64,000 bases of DNA from Candidatus Micrarchaeota archaeon (GCA_964579265.1 CAZOFO010000003.1:1-64000); one strand, 5' to 3'. Shown: positions 28,815 to 38,035, counted from the first letter of the stretch. Notes: a model not told the origin generated them from the letters alone. Numbers and translations are program-made.

Positions 28815-29801
28815 TTATTTTTTTGCTCTGTATTTGTTGGTTCTCCAGTTGGGTTTTATATCTATTTTTTCCGGTTTTTTAGCTTTTTCTTTGTATATTT
28901 CTCCTGTGTAGGCTATCATGGCTCCGTTATCTCCACAGTATTCTCTTTTTGGGGTGTGGAAGCTTGCTCCGTGTTCTTCTGCCATTTTTTCATCAATTTC
29001 TCTTAGTCTGGTGTTCATTGCTACTCCTCCGGTTAATAGTAGTTCTTCTTTTTTGGTGTGGGCTATTGCTCTTTCTGTCACTTCTACTAGCATTGAGAGA
29101 ATTGTTTCTTGAAATGAATAAGCTAGGTCTTCTTTTGTATATTCTTCTTTGTTTTTTAGTTTTTTGTATTCTTTTTTTGCTTGTGTTACTAGTCCTGAGA
29201 AGGATAAGTCCATTCCTTTGACGGTGTAGGGTAATTCGATGTAGTTTTCTCCTTTTTCTGCCATTTTCATTATTTTTGGCCCTCCTGGCATCTTTAGATT
29301 CATTTCTCTTGCAAATTTATCAAAGGCGTTTCCTATGCCTATGTCCAGTGTTTCTCCATGTATTCTGTATCTTGAACCTGCATATGATATTATTTGGGTG
29401 TTTCCTCCTGAAACGTATTGTACTAGTGGGTCTTTTGCTTCTGTATCTTTTTTACTAACTTCTATGTGGGCTATACAATGATTAACTGGAACTATATTTG
29501 CTTTTAATTCTTTAGATAGTTTTTTTGCTAGTTCAACTCCTTGAAGTAGACAGGGGGGCAATCCTGGTCCGTTTGCAACTGCTATTAAATCTATTTCGTC
29601 TTTTTCTATTCCTGCTTCTTCTATTGCTTTCTTTAATGTTTTTTCTCTCGTTTTTTCATGGTGTTCTGCTGCTTCTCTTGGTATTATCCCTTCTCCTTCT
29701 TCTGGTTTGTAGATGCTCTTTTCGTTCGCGATTATCTCTTTGTTTTTGGTTATCCCTATTCCCAGGGTGTGTGCTGTTGATTCTATTCCAAGACAGTTCA
29801 T
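28815..29801 (-). CDS. kae1: tRNA t6A synthase Kae1
   Basis: LGIESTAH, GPGL, VNHCIAHIE, SGGNTQ, GETLD, DNGAMIA. Confidence 0.97.
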   Translation of the reverse strand: MNCLGIESTAHTLGIGITKNKEIIANEKSIYKPEEGEGIIPREAAEHHEKTREKTLKKAIEEAGIEKDEIDLIAVANGPGLPPCLLQGVELAKKLSKELKANIVPVNHCIAHIEVSKKDTEAKDPLVQYVSGGNTQIISYAGSRYRIHGETLDIGIGNAFDKFAREMNLKMPGGPKIMKMAEKGENYIELPYTVKGMDLSFSGLVTQAKKEYKKLKNKEEYTKEDLAYSFQETILSMLVEVTERAIAHTKKEELLLTGGVAMNTRLREIDEKMAEEHGASFHTPKREYCGDNGAMIAYTGEIYKEKAKKPEKIDIKPNWRTNKYRAKK

Positions 29802-29813
29802 TTTTTTCACTTT

Positions 29814-30326
29814 TCAGATTAAATATACTGGTAGTATTGCTACGAGGTTGTAGAAGGTATGGCTTAGTATCGGGCTGTATACTCCTCCTGTTTTTTCGTA
29901 TTGGTATCCTAGGAGTAGTCCTAGGAAGAAGGTTCCTACAACCTGTGAAATTGTTCCGTAGGTGATGTGAAATACTGCGAATATGATTGAGGCTATCCAT
30001 AGGTTTGTTTTTTCTTGGATAAGTCCTCTGAAGAATACTTCTTCTATGAATGATCCTATTAAGACTATTATCAATATTTCATGTATTGGTATTTGTCTTA
30101 GTATTTCTGTTGTTCTTTGCACGTCTTGATGCATTCCTAATTGTTGGAAGGTTAAGCTTATTATTGAGGATACTACGAGCATTATTACGAGAAATATTAT
30201 GGCTATTGCGGTTTCTCTACTTATTTTTATGTCTTTTTTGAATCCTAGTCTATCGAGTATTGTTCCTTTCTTTATGTACAGGGTTATTGAGAGTAGAACT
30301 AGGTATAGAGCTATTGAGACTATCAT
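29814..30326 (-). CDS. CPBP (CAAX/Abi) intramembrane metalloprotease
   Basis: EEVFFRG, FAVFH, SHTFYN. Confidence 0.92.
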   Translation of the reverse strand: MIVSIALYLVLLSITLYIKKGTILDRLGFKKDIKISRETAIAIIFLVIMLVVSSIISLTFQQLGMHQDVQRTTEILRQIPIHEILIIVLIGSFIEEVFFRGLIQEKTNLWIASIIFAVFHITYGTISQVVGTFFLGLLLGYQYEKTGGVYSPILSHTFYNLVAILPVYLI

Positions 30327-30346
30327 TTTTTCTCAATTTTCCTTTA

Positions 30347-30493
30347 TTATTCTTTCCATCTAGTGTATCCGCATTTACCGCAGTGTTCTCTGTCTTTGTG
30401 TTTTGCTAGTAGTGTTCCTTCTCCGCATTTTGGGCAGTTTGGATTGTCTTTTTCTATTTCTTTGTCTTTAACTTTGTATTTTTCTCCTTTCAT
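30347..30493 (-). CDS. rps27ae: 30S ribosomal protein eS31 (S27ae); not in ORF track
   Basis: Manual translation [48 protein letters not shown]; follows eS24. Confidence 0.95.
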   Translation of the reverse strand: MKGEKYKVKDKEIEKDNPNCPKCGEGTLLAKHKDREHCGKCGYTRWKE

Positions 30494-30777
30494 TCTTCTT
30501 CCTCCTTGTGGTTTCTTTCTTTTTTGTATTTTTTACTGTATTTTTCCCGGTCTTCTGGTGATTCGTATGCTTTTACTATGCATTTTGCTTCTTTCTTACC
30601 GTATTCTTGTTCTATTTTGTCTATGACTATGTTTTCTTTTTCCTGGTTTAGTTTTGCTGAGATTTTTTCTAGTACTTCTTGTCTTGAGGGTGTTTCTTCG
30701 TAATTCTTTATTTTTAGAGTAATCTTTTTTCTATTTAGTGCGGGGTTTTCTTCTTTTTTTTCTTCTATTATCTTCAT
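30490..30777 (-). CDS. rps24e: 30S ribosomal protein eS24
   Basis: [15 protein letters not shown], conserved position. Confidence 0.93.
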   Translation of the reverse strand: MKIIEEKKEENPALNRKKITLKIKNYEETPSRQEVLEKISAKLNQEKENIVIDKIEQEYGKKEAKCIVKAYESPEDREKYSKKYKKERNHKEEEE

Positions 30778-30801
30778 TTTATCACCTTTTTAGTCTTTAT
30801 C

Positions 30802-30990
30802 TTATCTTTTGATTCTTAATGCGTATTTTCCTGGTGTTTTGACACTTAGTTCTTCCGCTAGTTCTGATTCGTCTGGACTTAGGATTATTGTATATCCTTT
30901 CCAGCTTTGTGTTAGGTCTGATTCTTTGCATATTGGGCATTGATTTCCTTTGACTATTTTATGGCATTTTTTACATGCTTTGTCTTTCAT
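30802..30990 (-). CDS. spt4: Transcription elongation factor Spt4 (RpoE2)
   Basis: ACKKC..CPIC, WKG, PGKYALRI. Confidence 0.95.
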   Translation of the reverse strand: MKDKACKKCHKIVKGNQCPICKESDLTQSWKGYTIILSPDESELAEELSVKTPGKYALRIKR

Positions 30991-31553
30991 TTTTGATCAC
31001 TTTTTTCTTTGTTTTCTTTTTCTTCTTCTATCCATTCTTTTTTTCCTAATCCTGGTTGTTTCATGGTTAGATTGATTTTTGATTCGTTTACATTGTCTTT
31101 TAGTGATACGGCTATTATTCTAGCTCTTACTTTATCGTCTTTTTTTATGCTTCTGTCTGTTTCTTTTCCTGATAGTGCTCCTGTTTTTTGGTTGTGGGTC
31201 ATGTAGTCGTCCGTTATTTGAGATACGTGTGCTAGTGCGTCTATTGGTCCGAATCTTACGAACGCTCCGAAGTCCACTATTTCGTTTACGTATCCTCTTA
31301 CGGGTTCGTGTAGCTTTGGATTGAATGTTAATGCGTTGAATATTACTTCGTAGTATGCTGATCCGTCTCCCTGTATTATTTTTCCGTTTTTTATTTCTCT
31401 GCATTCGTCTACGCTTATTATTACTCCTAAGTCTTGATCTATTCTTGATTCGTATTTATCTTGTAGTGCTTTTTTTGCTGATTCTTCTAATGGTTTGTCA
31501 AAGTATTTTGGCGGTATTCTTACTGAGTCTTTTGCTGTAATCATTTGATACAT
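30987..31553 (-). CDS. rpoE1: RNA polymerase subunit Rpo7 (E')
   Basis: VRIPP, GDG, FGAFVRFGPIDALAHVSQI, LTMKQPGLGK. Confidence 0.96.
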   Translation of the reverse strand: MYQMITAKDSVRIPPKYFDKPLEESAKKALQDKYESRIDQDLGVIISVDECREIKNGKIIQGDGSAYYEVIFNALTFNPKLHEPVRGYVNEIVDFGAFVRFGPIDALAHVSQITDDYMTHNQKTGALSGKETDRSIKKDDKVRARIIAVSLKDNVNESKINLTMKQPGLGKKEWIEEEKENKEKSDQK

Positions 31554-31581
31554 TTTTTATCCCTCTTTTTTAGTTTTTTAT

Positions 31582-32118
31582 TTATTTTTGTTGATCGTAT
31601 TTTTCCATTGCTTTTTTGACTTGTTCGTGTGCTTTTTTTACTCCTAGCCAGTCTTTTACTTCTACCCATTTTGATTTTTCCAGTTCTTTGTAGTCGCTGA
31701 AGAAGTGAGCTATTTCTTGTCTCTTGTGTTTATTTACGGAACTTATGTCTCTGTATTCTGCTTTTCTTGGGTCTTTCATTGGTGCTCCTAGTACTTTATC
31801 ATCTATTCCTTTTTCGTCTTCCATTCTAAGAACTCCTATTGGTCTTACTTCTATTACGCATCCGGGGAATGTTGGTTCTTCTGTTAGAACCAGTACGTCT
31901 AGTGCGTCTCCGTCTTCTGATATTGTTTGAGGTATGAATCCGTAGTCTCCTGGGTAGTGGAATGGTGAGTGTATTACTCTATCTAGTTTGAAGTATCCTT
32001 CTTCGTCTTGGTATTCTATTTTGTTTCTGCTTCGTCTTGGTATCTCTATTACTGCGTTGACTATTTTTGGAGGGTTTTTTCCTCTTGGTATATCTTTCCA
32101 TAGGTTTTTTCCTTTCAT
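31582..32118 (-). CDS. ppa: Inorganic pyrophosphatase (family I)
   Basis: IEIP, LDR, YGFIPQT, DGDALDVLV, DDK, FFSDYKELE. Confidence 0.96.
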   Translation of the reverse strand: MKGKNLWKDIPRGKNPPKIVNAVIEIPRRSRNKIEYQDEEGYFKLDRVIHSPFHYPGDYGFIPQTISEDGDALDVLVLTEEPTFPGCVIEVRPIGVLRMEDEKGIDDKVLGAPMKDPRKAEYRDISSVNKHKRQEIAHFFSDYKELEKSKWVEVKDWLGVKKAHEQVKKAMEKYDQQK

Positions 32119-32182
32119 GTTTTTGGTCTCCTTTTTTGTTCGTTTTTTTATTCTTTCCGTGTTTTTTATTTGTCTTTGACTT

Positions 32183-32578
32183 TTACATTTTTTTGTTTTT
32201 TACGGGGTTTATTCTTCCCAGTGTCTTATTGCTTCTCAGGTAAACCACTGGTATTTCTTTTTTCAGGCATCTTTTTTTTAGTTCTTTGTCATTTGTGGCT
32301 ACTGTTGCTTTTTCTTTTTCAGCGTATTCTAGTATTCTATCGTCCACGTGTTCTTTTTCTGTTTCTATTTTTTCTTCTTTAATGTCTTTTTTTTCTATTA
32401 TCTGTAATGCTATCTTACTTTCTTTTTTTCCAAGTCTTTCTAATTCTTTTTTGATTGATTTGAGCACTATTAGTTCTGCTGTTGGTTCTTTTTGTTTTAT
32501 TTCTTTGAATATATCGATTTTTTTTGTTTCTGGTATTAATAGGAAGTTTGTGTCTAGCACTATTTTTTCTCTTTTCAT
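32183..32578 (-). CDS. PIN-domain nuclease (Fcf1/Utp24-like)
   Basis: VLDTNFL, VDD, VATNDKEL; conserved position after aIF2-gamma. Confidence 0.9.
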   Translation of the reverse strand: MKREKIVLDTNFLLIPETKKIDIFKEIKQKEPTAELIVLKSIKKELERLGKKESKIALQIIEKKDIKEEKIETEKEHVDDRILEYAEKEKATVATNDKELKKRCLKKEIPVVYLRSNKTLGRINPVKNKKM

Positions 32579-32588
32579 TTTTTCTCCT

Positions 32589-33791
32589 TTATTCATTTAT
32601 TTTTCCGTATCCTATCAGTCTCCATCTTCCTCTGGTTTTTCTTGATATTGCAATTCTTGATTCTTTTTCCATTGGCATTTCTTTTTGTAGTTTGATCTTT
32701 ACAGAGTTTTTAAATATCTTTTTTACTGTCCCGAGTACTGTTCCTGTTCCAACTGTTAGTACTAGTTTTTCATTAGTTTTTATAGGTTCTACTTTTTCTA
32801 TTCCCATTTTTCCGCCTATTAGTTTTGGTTTTATCTTTATTTCTTTTTTCAGTGGAGGTGTTGTTCCTTTTTCTCCTATTATGGATCCTATTAGATTATC
32901 TCCTTTGGTTAGTGAGGGGTCTAGTTTTGTTTGTATTCCTATTAATCCTCCTGGTTTTGCTTTTTCTATCTGGTGTTTTTCTGTTGATAGTGATTCTATC
33001 TCTGTTTCTAGTTTTTTTGTCTTTCCTTTTTTTCTTACTCCTGGGACTATCTCTATTTTGTCTCCTTTTTCCAGTTCTCCTTGTGTTAGGGATCCTCCTA
33101 TTACTCCTCCTTTTATTTCTTCTATCTCTGTTCCTGGTTTATTTATATCGAAGGATCTTGCTACGTAGAGTTTTCCTGGTTTCTCTGGATCTCTTTCAGG
33201 GGTTGGTATTTCTTTTTCTATTGCTTCTATTAGTTTATCGTAGTTAATGTCGTGGTGAGCGGCTATTGGTATTATAGGTGCGTTTTCTGCTACTGTTCCT
33301 TTTACAAACTTTTCTATTTGTTTTTTATGTTCTTCTGCTTCTTCTTTTCCTACTAAGTCAACTTTTGTTTGGACTATAACAATGTTTTCTGTATTTGTTA
33401 TGTCAAGAGCTGCTAGATGTTCTTTTGTTTGTGGTTGGGGGCATTCTTCATTAGCTGATATTACTAGTACAGCTCCGTCCATTATTCTTGCTCCGGATAA
33501 TGTTACTGTCATCAGTGTTTCGTGTCCTGGGCAATCTACAAATGATACTTTTCTCAGTATTTCGGTTTCTCCTTCACATTTTTCTGGATCATAGGTGTAT
33601 TTTTTTTCTCCGTTTTTGCATTTGTAGAAGGTTGTGTCGGCGTATCCTAGTTTCATGGTTATTCCTCTTTTTAGTTCTTCGCTGTGTGTATCTGTCCATT
33701 TTCCACTCAGTCCTTTGACTATTGATGTCTTTCCGTGGTCTACGTGACCTGCTAGTCCGATGTTAACTTCGGCTTGTTTTGGTTCGTCCAT
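32589..33791 (-). CDS. eif2g: Translation initiation factor aIF2 gamma
   Basis: GHVDHGKT, HSEELKRGIT, DCPGHE, PQPQT, RWRLIGYG. Confidence 0.97.
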   Translation of the reverse strand: MDEPKQAEVNIGLAGHVDHGKTSIVKGLSGKWTDTHSEELKRGITMKLGYADTTFYKCKNGEKKYTYDPEKCEGETEILRKVSFVDCPGHETLMTVTLSGARIMDGAVLVISANEECPQPQTKEHLAALDITNTENIVIVQTKVDLVGKEEAEEHKKQIEKFVKGTVAENAPIIPIAAHHDINYDKLIEAIEKEIPTPERDPEKPGKLYVARSFDINKPGTEIEEIKGGVIGGSLTQGELEKGDKIEIVPGVRKKGKTKKLETEIESLSTEKHQIEKAKPGGLIGIQTKLDPSLTKGDNLIGSIIGEKGTTPPLKKEIKIKPKLIGGKMGIEKVEPIKTNEKLVLTVGTGTVLGTVKKIFKNSVKIKLQKEMPMEKESRIAISRKTRGRWRLIGYGKINE

Positions 33792-33842
33792 TTTATCGCA
33801 CCTTAATATCCTTCAATTGGGCGAATCTATTTTTTCTATTTT

Positions 33843-34511
33843 TTATTCTATTTGGTTTTCGATCCATTCTTTCAGTGTTTTTCTGTCTTTATTCTGTTCT
33901 TCTGCTTCTAGTAATTTTTTGTATTCTTCTTCCTCGAAATCTTGCGCTTTTTCTTTTATTTCTGAGACATTTTTTTCTGCTAGTTCTTCGTAATCTGTTT
34001 CTTCTTCGCTTTCTTCTGTCTCTTCTTTTTCTTCTTCACTTTCAGTTACTTGTTCATCAGCATCATCGTCTTCTTCTTCGTCCTCTTCTGCTTCTTCTTC
34101 CTCGTCTTTTTCTGGTTCTTCTTCTTTTTCTTCTGGTTCTTCTTCTCCGAATAGTACTGCTAGTTTTTTCTTTCCTTTATCTGTTACTTTTAGATTTAGT
34201 TGTTGCGTTTCTTCTGATACTATTTCTCCTCTCACTGTTTTTCTTTTTCTTTGTCCTGGTTCTTGTGCTCTGTGTCCTGTTCCTCCTTCTAGAAGAAGCT
34301 TTCTTCTTTCCGTTGTTTTTACTCCTCTTTTCATTGGGAATCCTTGTTTGTCGCTTCCTCCTGTTATTCGGAAGCTATGTCCTTTTAGATCGATTAGGCT
34401 TCCTTCTACTTCTTCTCCTATTTTCTTATCGTGTAGTGCTTTTGCTTTTTTGTCTTCTATCTCTTTTTGGTATGTTTTTCCTGTTTCTGGGTCGGATACT
34501 ACTATTTGCAT
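33843..34511 (-). CDS. rps6e: 30S ribosomal protein eS6 with acidic linker and extra C-terminal helical domain
   Basis: VVSDPETGK, ITGGSDKQGFPM, RKRKTVRG; ~100-aa extension. Confidence 0.95.
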   Translation of the reverse strand: MQIVVSDPETGKTYQKEIEDKKAKALHDKKIGEEVEGSLIDLKGHSFRITGGSDKQGFPMKRGVKTTERRKLLLEGGTGHRAQEPGQRKRKTVRGEIVSEETQQLNLKVTDKGKKKLAVLFGEEEPEEKEEEPEKDEEEEAEEDEEEDDDADEQVTESEEEKEETEESEEETDYEELAEKNVSEIKEKAQDFEEEEYKKLLEAEEQNKDRKTLKEWIENQIE

Positions 34512-34569
34512 GTTTTTACACCTCTTGTGATTTTTTGTTCTTTTTGTGTTTTGTTGTTTTAGGTAAAGT

Positions 34570-36306
34570 TTATCTTTTTATTTTCCTTATTTCTTTTAGT
34601 AGTTGCTTGTTTTTGAATCCTTCTCTTTCAAGTTCGTATGTTTCGTCTACTGGTACTTCAGTGTAGATAGTTTCTCCTTCTTCTATTTGTCTTCCTACAG
34701 TGACATCTGTTATTGCTATCGCTGCTTCTCCACCTTGTTCTAGTAGTTTTATTGAGTGTTGATCTTTTTGTATGCTTTTTATTTCTCCCAGTCTTTCTCC
34801 TTCTTTGTTCATTAATGGGTATCCTGGTTTTAGTTTTCCTTGTTGTAGTTTTATTCCTACTATTGCTGGTTTGCTTTTTCTGAAGGTGTGTTCTGGGAGT
34901 ATTTTGATTTTTGCTGGGTATACGTATTTTTCGAGTCTTTCTTGTTTTTCTCTTTTTTCTTCTTTTTCTTTCCATTTCTGGTATTTTTCTTCTAGTTTAT
35001 ATATTATATTTGATTCGAATATAGGAACGTTTAGCTCTTCAGCTTTTTTCTCTATTTCTTCCGGTATCTTGGTGTTAAATGCGAATATCGCGCCTAAGTA
35101 TCTGTCTTTTTCTTTTATGGTTTTTGCTTCCGTTAAGTCTTTTTTTCTCACTTGTCCTATTTCTGCTCTTCTTATTGGTATTTCTTTTTCTTTGAATAAA
35201 TCTATTATACCTTCTAGTGATCCTATGGTGTCTGCTCTTATTATTACTCCTTCTCCTTTATTTTTTATAGTGACTTTTTCAAGCTGTTCTTCTACTTCTT
35301 TCTTTTTTTCTTCTGTTTTTTCATTAGCTATTATTACTGGTGAACCTGCTATTGCTTCTTCAAGTCCTGGTGCTGCTATCTTTATTCCTTCTGCAGCTTC
35401 TACTTTTTTAACTCTTTTAAAGTCTTTTCCTTTTGCTTCTCTCATTTCTTTTAGTTTTTTCGGTTTTAATAGTGCTCTTATCTTTGTTTCTTTTGCTCCG
35501 TTTTTTGTTCCAAATACTATTTTGTCTCCTTTTTCTATTTTTCCTTCGTATATTATGGTGTCTATCGTGGTTCCTAGTCCTTTGACTTCTTTTACTTCTA
35601 GTATGGTTCCTTCTCCTGTTTTTTCTTTTTCTACTTCTAGGTCTTTTTTCATGTATCTTTGTGAAAGTCCTGCGAGGAACATTAGGAGTTCTGGTATTCC
35701 TTCTTTAGTTTCTGCTGATGTTGGGATGATTATTATGGTGTCTTCTGGATTGTCTACTTTATCGAATCTGTTGGCGTTTATTCCGTATTCTGCTACTTCT
35801 CCTATGATATCGTATATCTTGTCTTGTAGTCTATTTTTTACTCTTTCACTCTGTTTTTTGATTGTCTTGGTGAATGGTTGTCCTTTGTTTGGTGTCCATC
35901 CTTGTATTAGATCTACTTTGTTTAGGGCTATTATGAACGGGCATTTGTGTTTTTTGAGTATTTCTAGAGCTTCTTTTGTTTGTGGTTGGATACCTTGCAT
36001 TACGTCTATTACTAGTACTGCGAGGTCTGCGGTTTTTCCTCCTCTTTTTCTCAGGGAGGTGAATGCTTGGTGTCCTGGTGTGTCTATGAATAGGAGTCCT
36101 GGTATTTCTAGTTTGTATCCGTATTTTTCTATTATTTCTTTACTTTGTTTTTCTACTGTCTGGGTTGGTATGAAACTTGCTCCTACGTGTTGTGTTATTT
36201 TACCTGGTTCTCCTTCTAGAACTGTGGATCCTCTTATTGAGTCCAGTATTGCTGTTTTTCCATGGTCCACATGCCCTAGTACACATATTATCGGTGATCT
36301 AATCAT
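34570..36306 (-). CDS. infB: Translation initiation factor aIF5B (IF-2)
   Basis: IRSPIICVLGHVDHGKT, ITQHVGAS, DTPGH, NKVD, DTIGSLE. Confidence 0.97.
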   Translation of the reverse strand: MIRSPIICVLGHVDHGKTAILDSIRGSTVLEGEPGKITQHVGASFIPTQTVEKQSKEIIEKYGYKLEIPGLLFIDTPGHQAFTSLRKRGGKTADLAVLVIDVMQGIQPQTKEALEILKKHKCPFIIALNKVDLIQGWTPNKGQPFTKTIKKQSERVKNRLQDKIYDIIGEVAEYGINANRFDKVDNPEDTIIIIPTSAETKEGIPELLMFLAGLSQRYMKKDLEVEKEKTGEGTILEVKEVKGLGTTIDTIIYEGKIEKGDKIVFGTKNGAKETKIRALLKPKKLKEMREAKGKDFKRVKKVEAAEGIKIAAPGLEEAIAGSPVIIANEKTEEKKKEVEEQLEKVTIKNKGEGVIIRADTIGSLEGIIDLFKEKEIPIRRAEIGQVRKKDLTEAKTIKEKDRYLGAIFAFNTKIPEEIEKKAEELNVPIFESNIIYKLEEKYQKWKEKEEKREKQERLEKYVYPAKIKILPEHTFRKSKPAIVGIKLQQGKLKPGYPLMNKEGERLGEIKSIQKDQHSIKLLEQGGEAAIAITDVTVGRQIEEGETIYTEVPVDETYELEREGFKNKQLLKEIRKIKR

Positions 36307-36398
36307 TTCTATCACTTTTGTTTTATACCTCGTCTAGCAAGGCTATTTAGAAGTTAGCCTCAGTCTGGTTGATCCTTTCCGAGGTTTTTCTTTTTAGG

Positions 36399-37010
36399 TT
36401 ATTCGTTTTTCTTTTCGAGGTCTTCTATCTTTGGTCCGTCTTGTGGTGCTCTCATTATTTCTTCTTCTGCTCTTTCGTACTCTTCTTCGTATAGTTCGTC
36501 TTCATTGAACCAGATTTTGATTTCTTTTTCTGCATTTTCTTTGTCTGCAGCGTGAATTAGATTTCTTATGGGTCTATTTCTTTTATTGGCGTATTCGTAT
36601 GATTCTGTGTGAAAGTCTCCTCTTACTGTTCCTGGTCTGGCTTCTCTTGGTTCTGTTTCTCCTGCTACTTTTCTACCTGCTTCTGGCGCGTGTGGTCCTT
36701 GGAATACTGCTGCTATTATAGGTGTTTTCTTTATGTATTCTCTTAATTGTTTTACTATTATCATTCCGTATTCTTCTGTGTCCCAGGGAAATGCTGTTCC
36801 TTCTGCTTCGAATTGCTTTTTTGCTTTTTCGCCTATTTGTTCTGCCATTGAGTCTGGATAATGTTCTTCTAGTTGTTCTTGAGTGGCTTTCGTCATTTTC
36901 ATTCCTATTAATCTGAGTCCTTTTTGTTCAAATCTTTCAATTATTTTTCCTATTATCCCTCTTTTTACTCCGTCTGGTTTTAGTAGTATGAGGGTTCTGG
37001 TGTCTTTCAT
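36399..37010 (-). CDS. ndk: Nucleoside diphosphate kinase (long-insert type)
   Basis: TLILLKPDGVKRG, PGTVRGDF, RNLIHA; ATG at 37010 preceded by GGTGAG. Confidence 0.95.
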   Translation of the reverse strand: MKDTRTLILLKPDGVKRGIIGKIIERFEQKGLRLIGMKMTKATQEQLEEHYPDSMAEQIGEKAKKQFEAEGTAFPWDTEEYGMIIVKQLREYIKKTPIIAAVFQGPHAPEAGRKVAGETEPREARPGTVRGDFHTESYEYANKRNRPIRNLIHAADKENAEKEIKIWFNEDELYEEEYERAEEEIMRAPQDGPKIEDLEKKNE

Positions 37011-37024
37011 TTGCTCACCTTCTT

Positions 37025-37183
37025 TTATTTCTTGGTCCATTCTGTCTTTTTTGGATCTCTTTCTAGTTTTCTATGGTTCTTTTCGCATTTGCTCGAGCAG
37101 TAGGGGAATCTTTCTCCGTCCTGTTTGATGTATATTTTTCCTTTTCCTTGTGGTATTTCTTCTCCGCAGAAGCTGCAGTCCAT
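37025..37183 (-). CDS. rpl24e: 50S ribosomal protein eL24; not in ORF track
   Basis: Manual translation MDCSFCGEEIPQGKGKIYIKQDGERFPYCSSKCEKNHRKLERDPKKTEWTKK. Confidence 0.95.
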   Translation of the reverse strand: MDCSFCGEEIPQGKGKIYIKQDGERFPYCSSKCEKNHRKLERDPKKTEWTKK

Positions 37184-37198
37184 TTTTGTTCACCTTTT

Positions 37199-37405
37199 TT
37201 ATTGTACTTGTATTTTTCTTGCTTCTTCAGTGTCTCTTAACAGCAGTATGTCTCCTTCTTGTACTGGTCCTTTTACGTTTCTTCTTTTGATCCTGTTTTT
37301 GTCTCTTCCTTCTAGTATTTTTGCCATTACTTGGTTTAGTTCTCCATGTACTCCTGTTTTTCCTATTACTTCTACTACTTTTGCTTTTACGGCTTTATCT
37401 GCCAT
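37199..37405 (-). CDS. rps28e: 30S ribosomal protein eS28
   Basis: [21 protein letters not shown]. Confidence 0.96.
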   Translation of the reverse strand: MADKAVKAKVVEVIGKTGVHGELNQVMAKILEGRDKNRIKRRNVKGPVQEGDILLLRDTEEARKIQVQ

Positions 37406-37424
37406 TTTTAATCACGCTTTGTTT

Positions 37425-37799
37425 TTATTCTTCTTTTTTTAGTTCTTTTACTTTTTCTTTTATTTTTTCAATTTCTTTTTTCGCTTCGCCTGAATCTACT
37501 AGTGCTATTGAAGTTGATCCTACGTTTAAGCCGCTTGCTAGTCCCAGTTCTTTTTGTGAAGGAACGTAGATGTACGGTATGTCTTTTTCTTCTGATAGTA
37601 TTGGTAGGTGTGCTACTATCTCTGGTGGTTTTATGTCTGTTGCTATCACTACTAGTTCTGCTTTTTTTCTCTCTAGAGCTTTTGTGACTTCGTTTACTCC
37701 TTGTTTTATTTTTCCAGTGTCTCTTGCTTTCTCTATCGCTTCGTAGGTCTTTTTTGATAGTTCTTCTGGTATTTCAAATTCTTGGAAGGGTGCTGTCAT
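37425..37799 (-). CDS. rpl7ae: 50S ribosomal protein eL8 (L7Ae), K-turn binding
   Basis: GKIKQGVNEVTKALER, PPEIVAHLP, ELGLASGL. Confidence 0.97.
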   Translation of the reverse strand: MTAPFQEFEIPEELSKKTYEAIEKARDTGKIKQGVNEVTKALERKKAELVVIATDIKPPEIVAHLPILSEEKDIPYIYVPSQKELGLASGLNVGSTSIALVDSGEAKKEIEKIKEKVKELKKEE

Positions 37800-37803
37800 T
37801 CTT

Positions 37804-37827
37804 GCTCACCTCGCTTTGTCATCGGTT
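37804..37827 (-). promoter_or_regulatory. Putative K-loop overlapping the rpl7ae Shine-Dalgarno (autoregulatory site)
   Basis: mRNA sense ACC-GAT-GA-CAAAGC-GA-GGT-GAG: 3-bp stem, 3-nt bulge, tandem GA/AG. Confidence 0.55.
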
Positions 37828-38035
37828 TTTCTTTTTTGAGAATTATGTTCGATGCTCTTTGTTTTATCCGTGTATATTATTTTTCGGTGCCGGGGTATAA
37901 AAATGTTTCAGAGAGATCCATTTGTAAGAGGTTTGAATTTAAAAAGTACTGGATATAGGGGTGAATTTTTAAAAATCTAATTGAAAGACCAAAAAAATTC
38001 TTTAACTTTAATAGATTTTTTCAAGATTTTATTTT

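Noticed and set aside
33996..34150. GAA-rich quasi-repeats (also 2290-2335, 15755-15820) as tandem repeat or CRISPR arrays
   Set aside because: These are low-complexity Glu-rich coding linkers with no repeat-spacer periodicity, and there are no cas genes.
34772..36337. 521-aa + strand ORF, and the many other Phe/Leu/Ser-rich antisense ORFs (e.g. 33779-34666, 4038-4715, 22904-23542)
   Set aside because: Shadows of real genes: the A-rich sense strand makes the antisense strand T-rich and poor in stop codons, and no family motifs are present.
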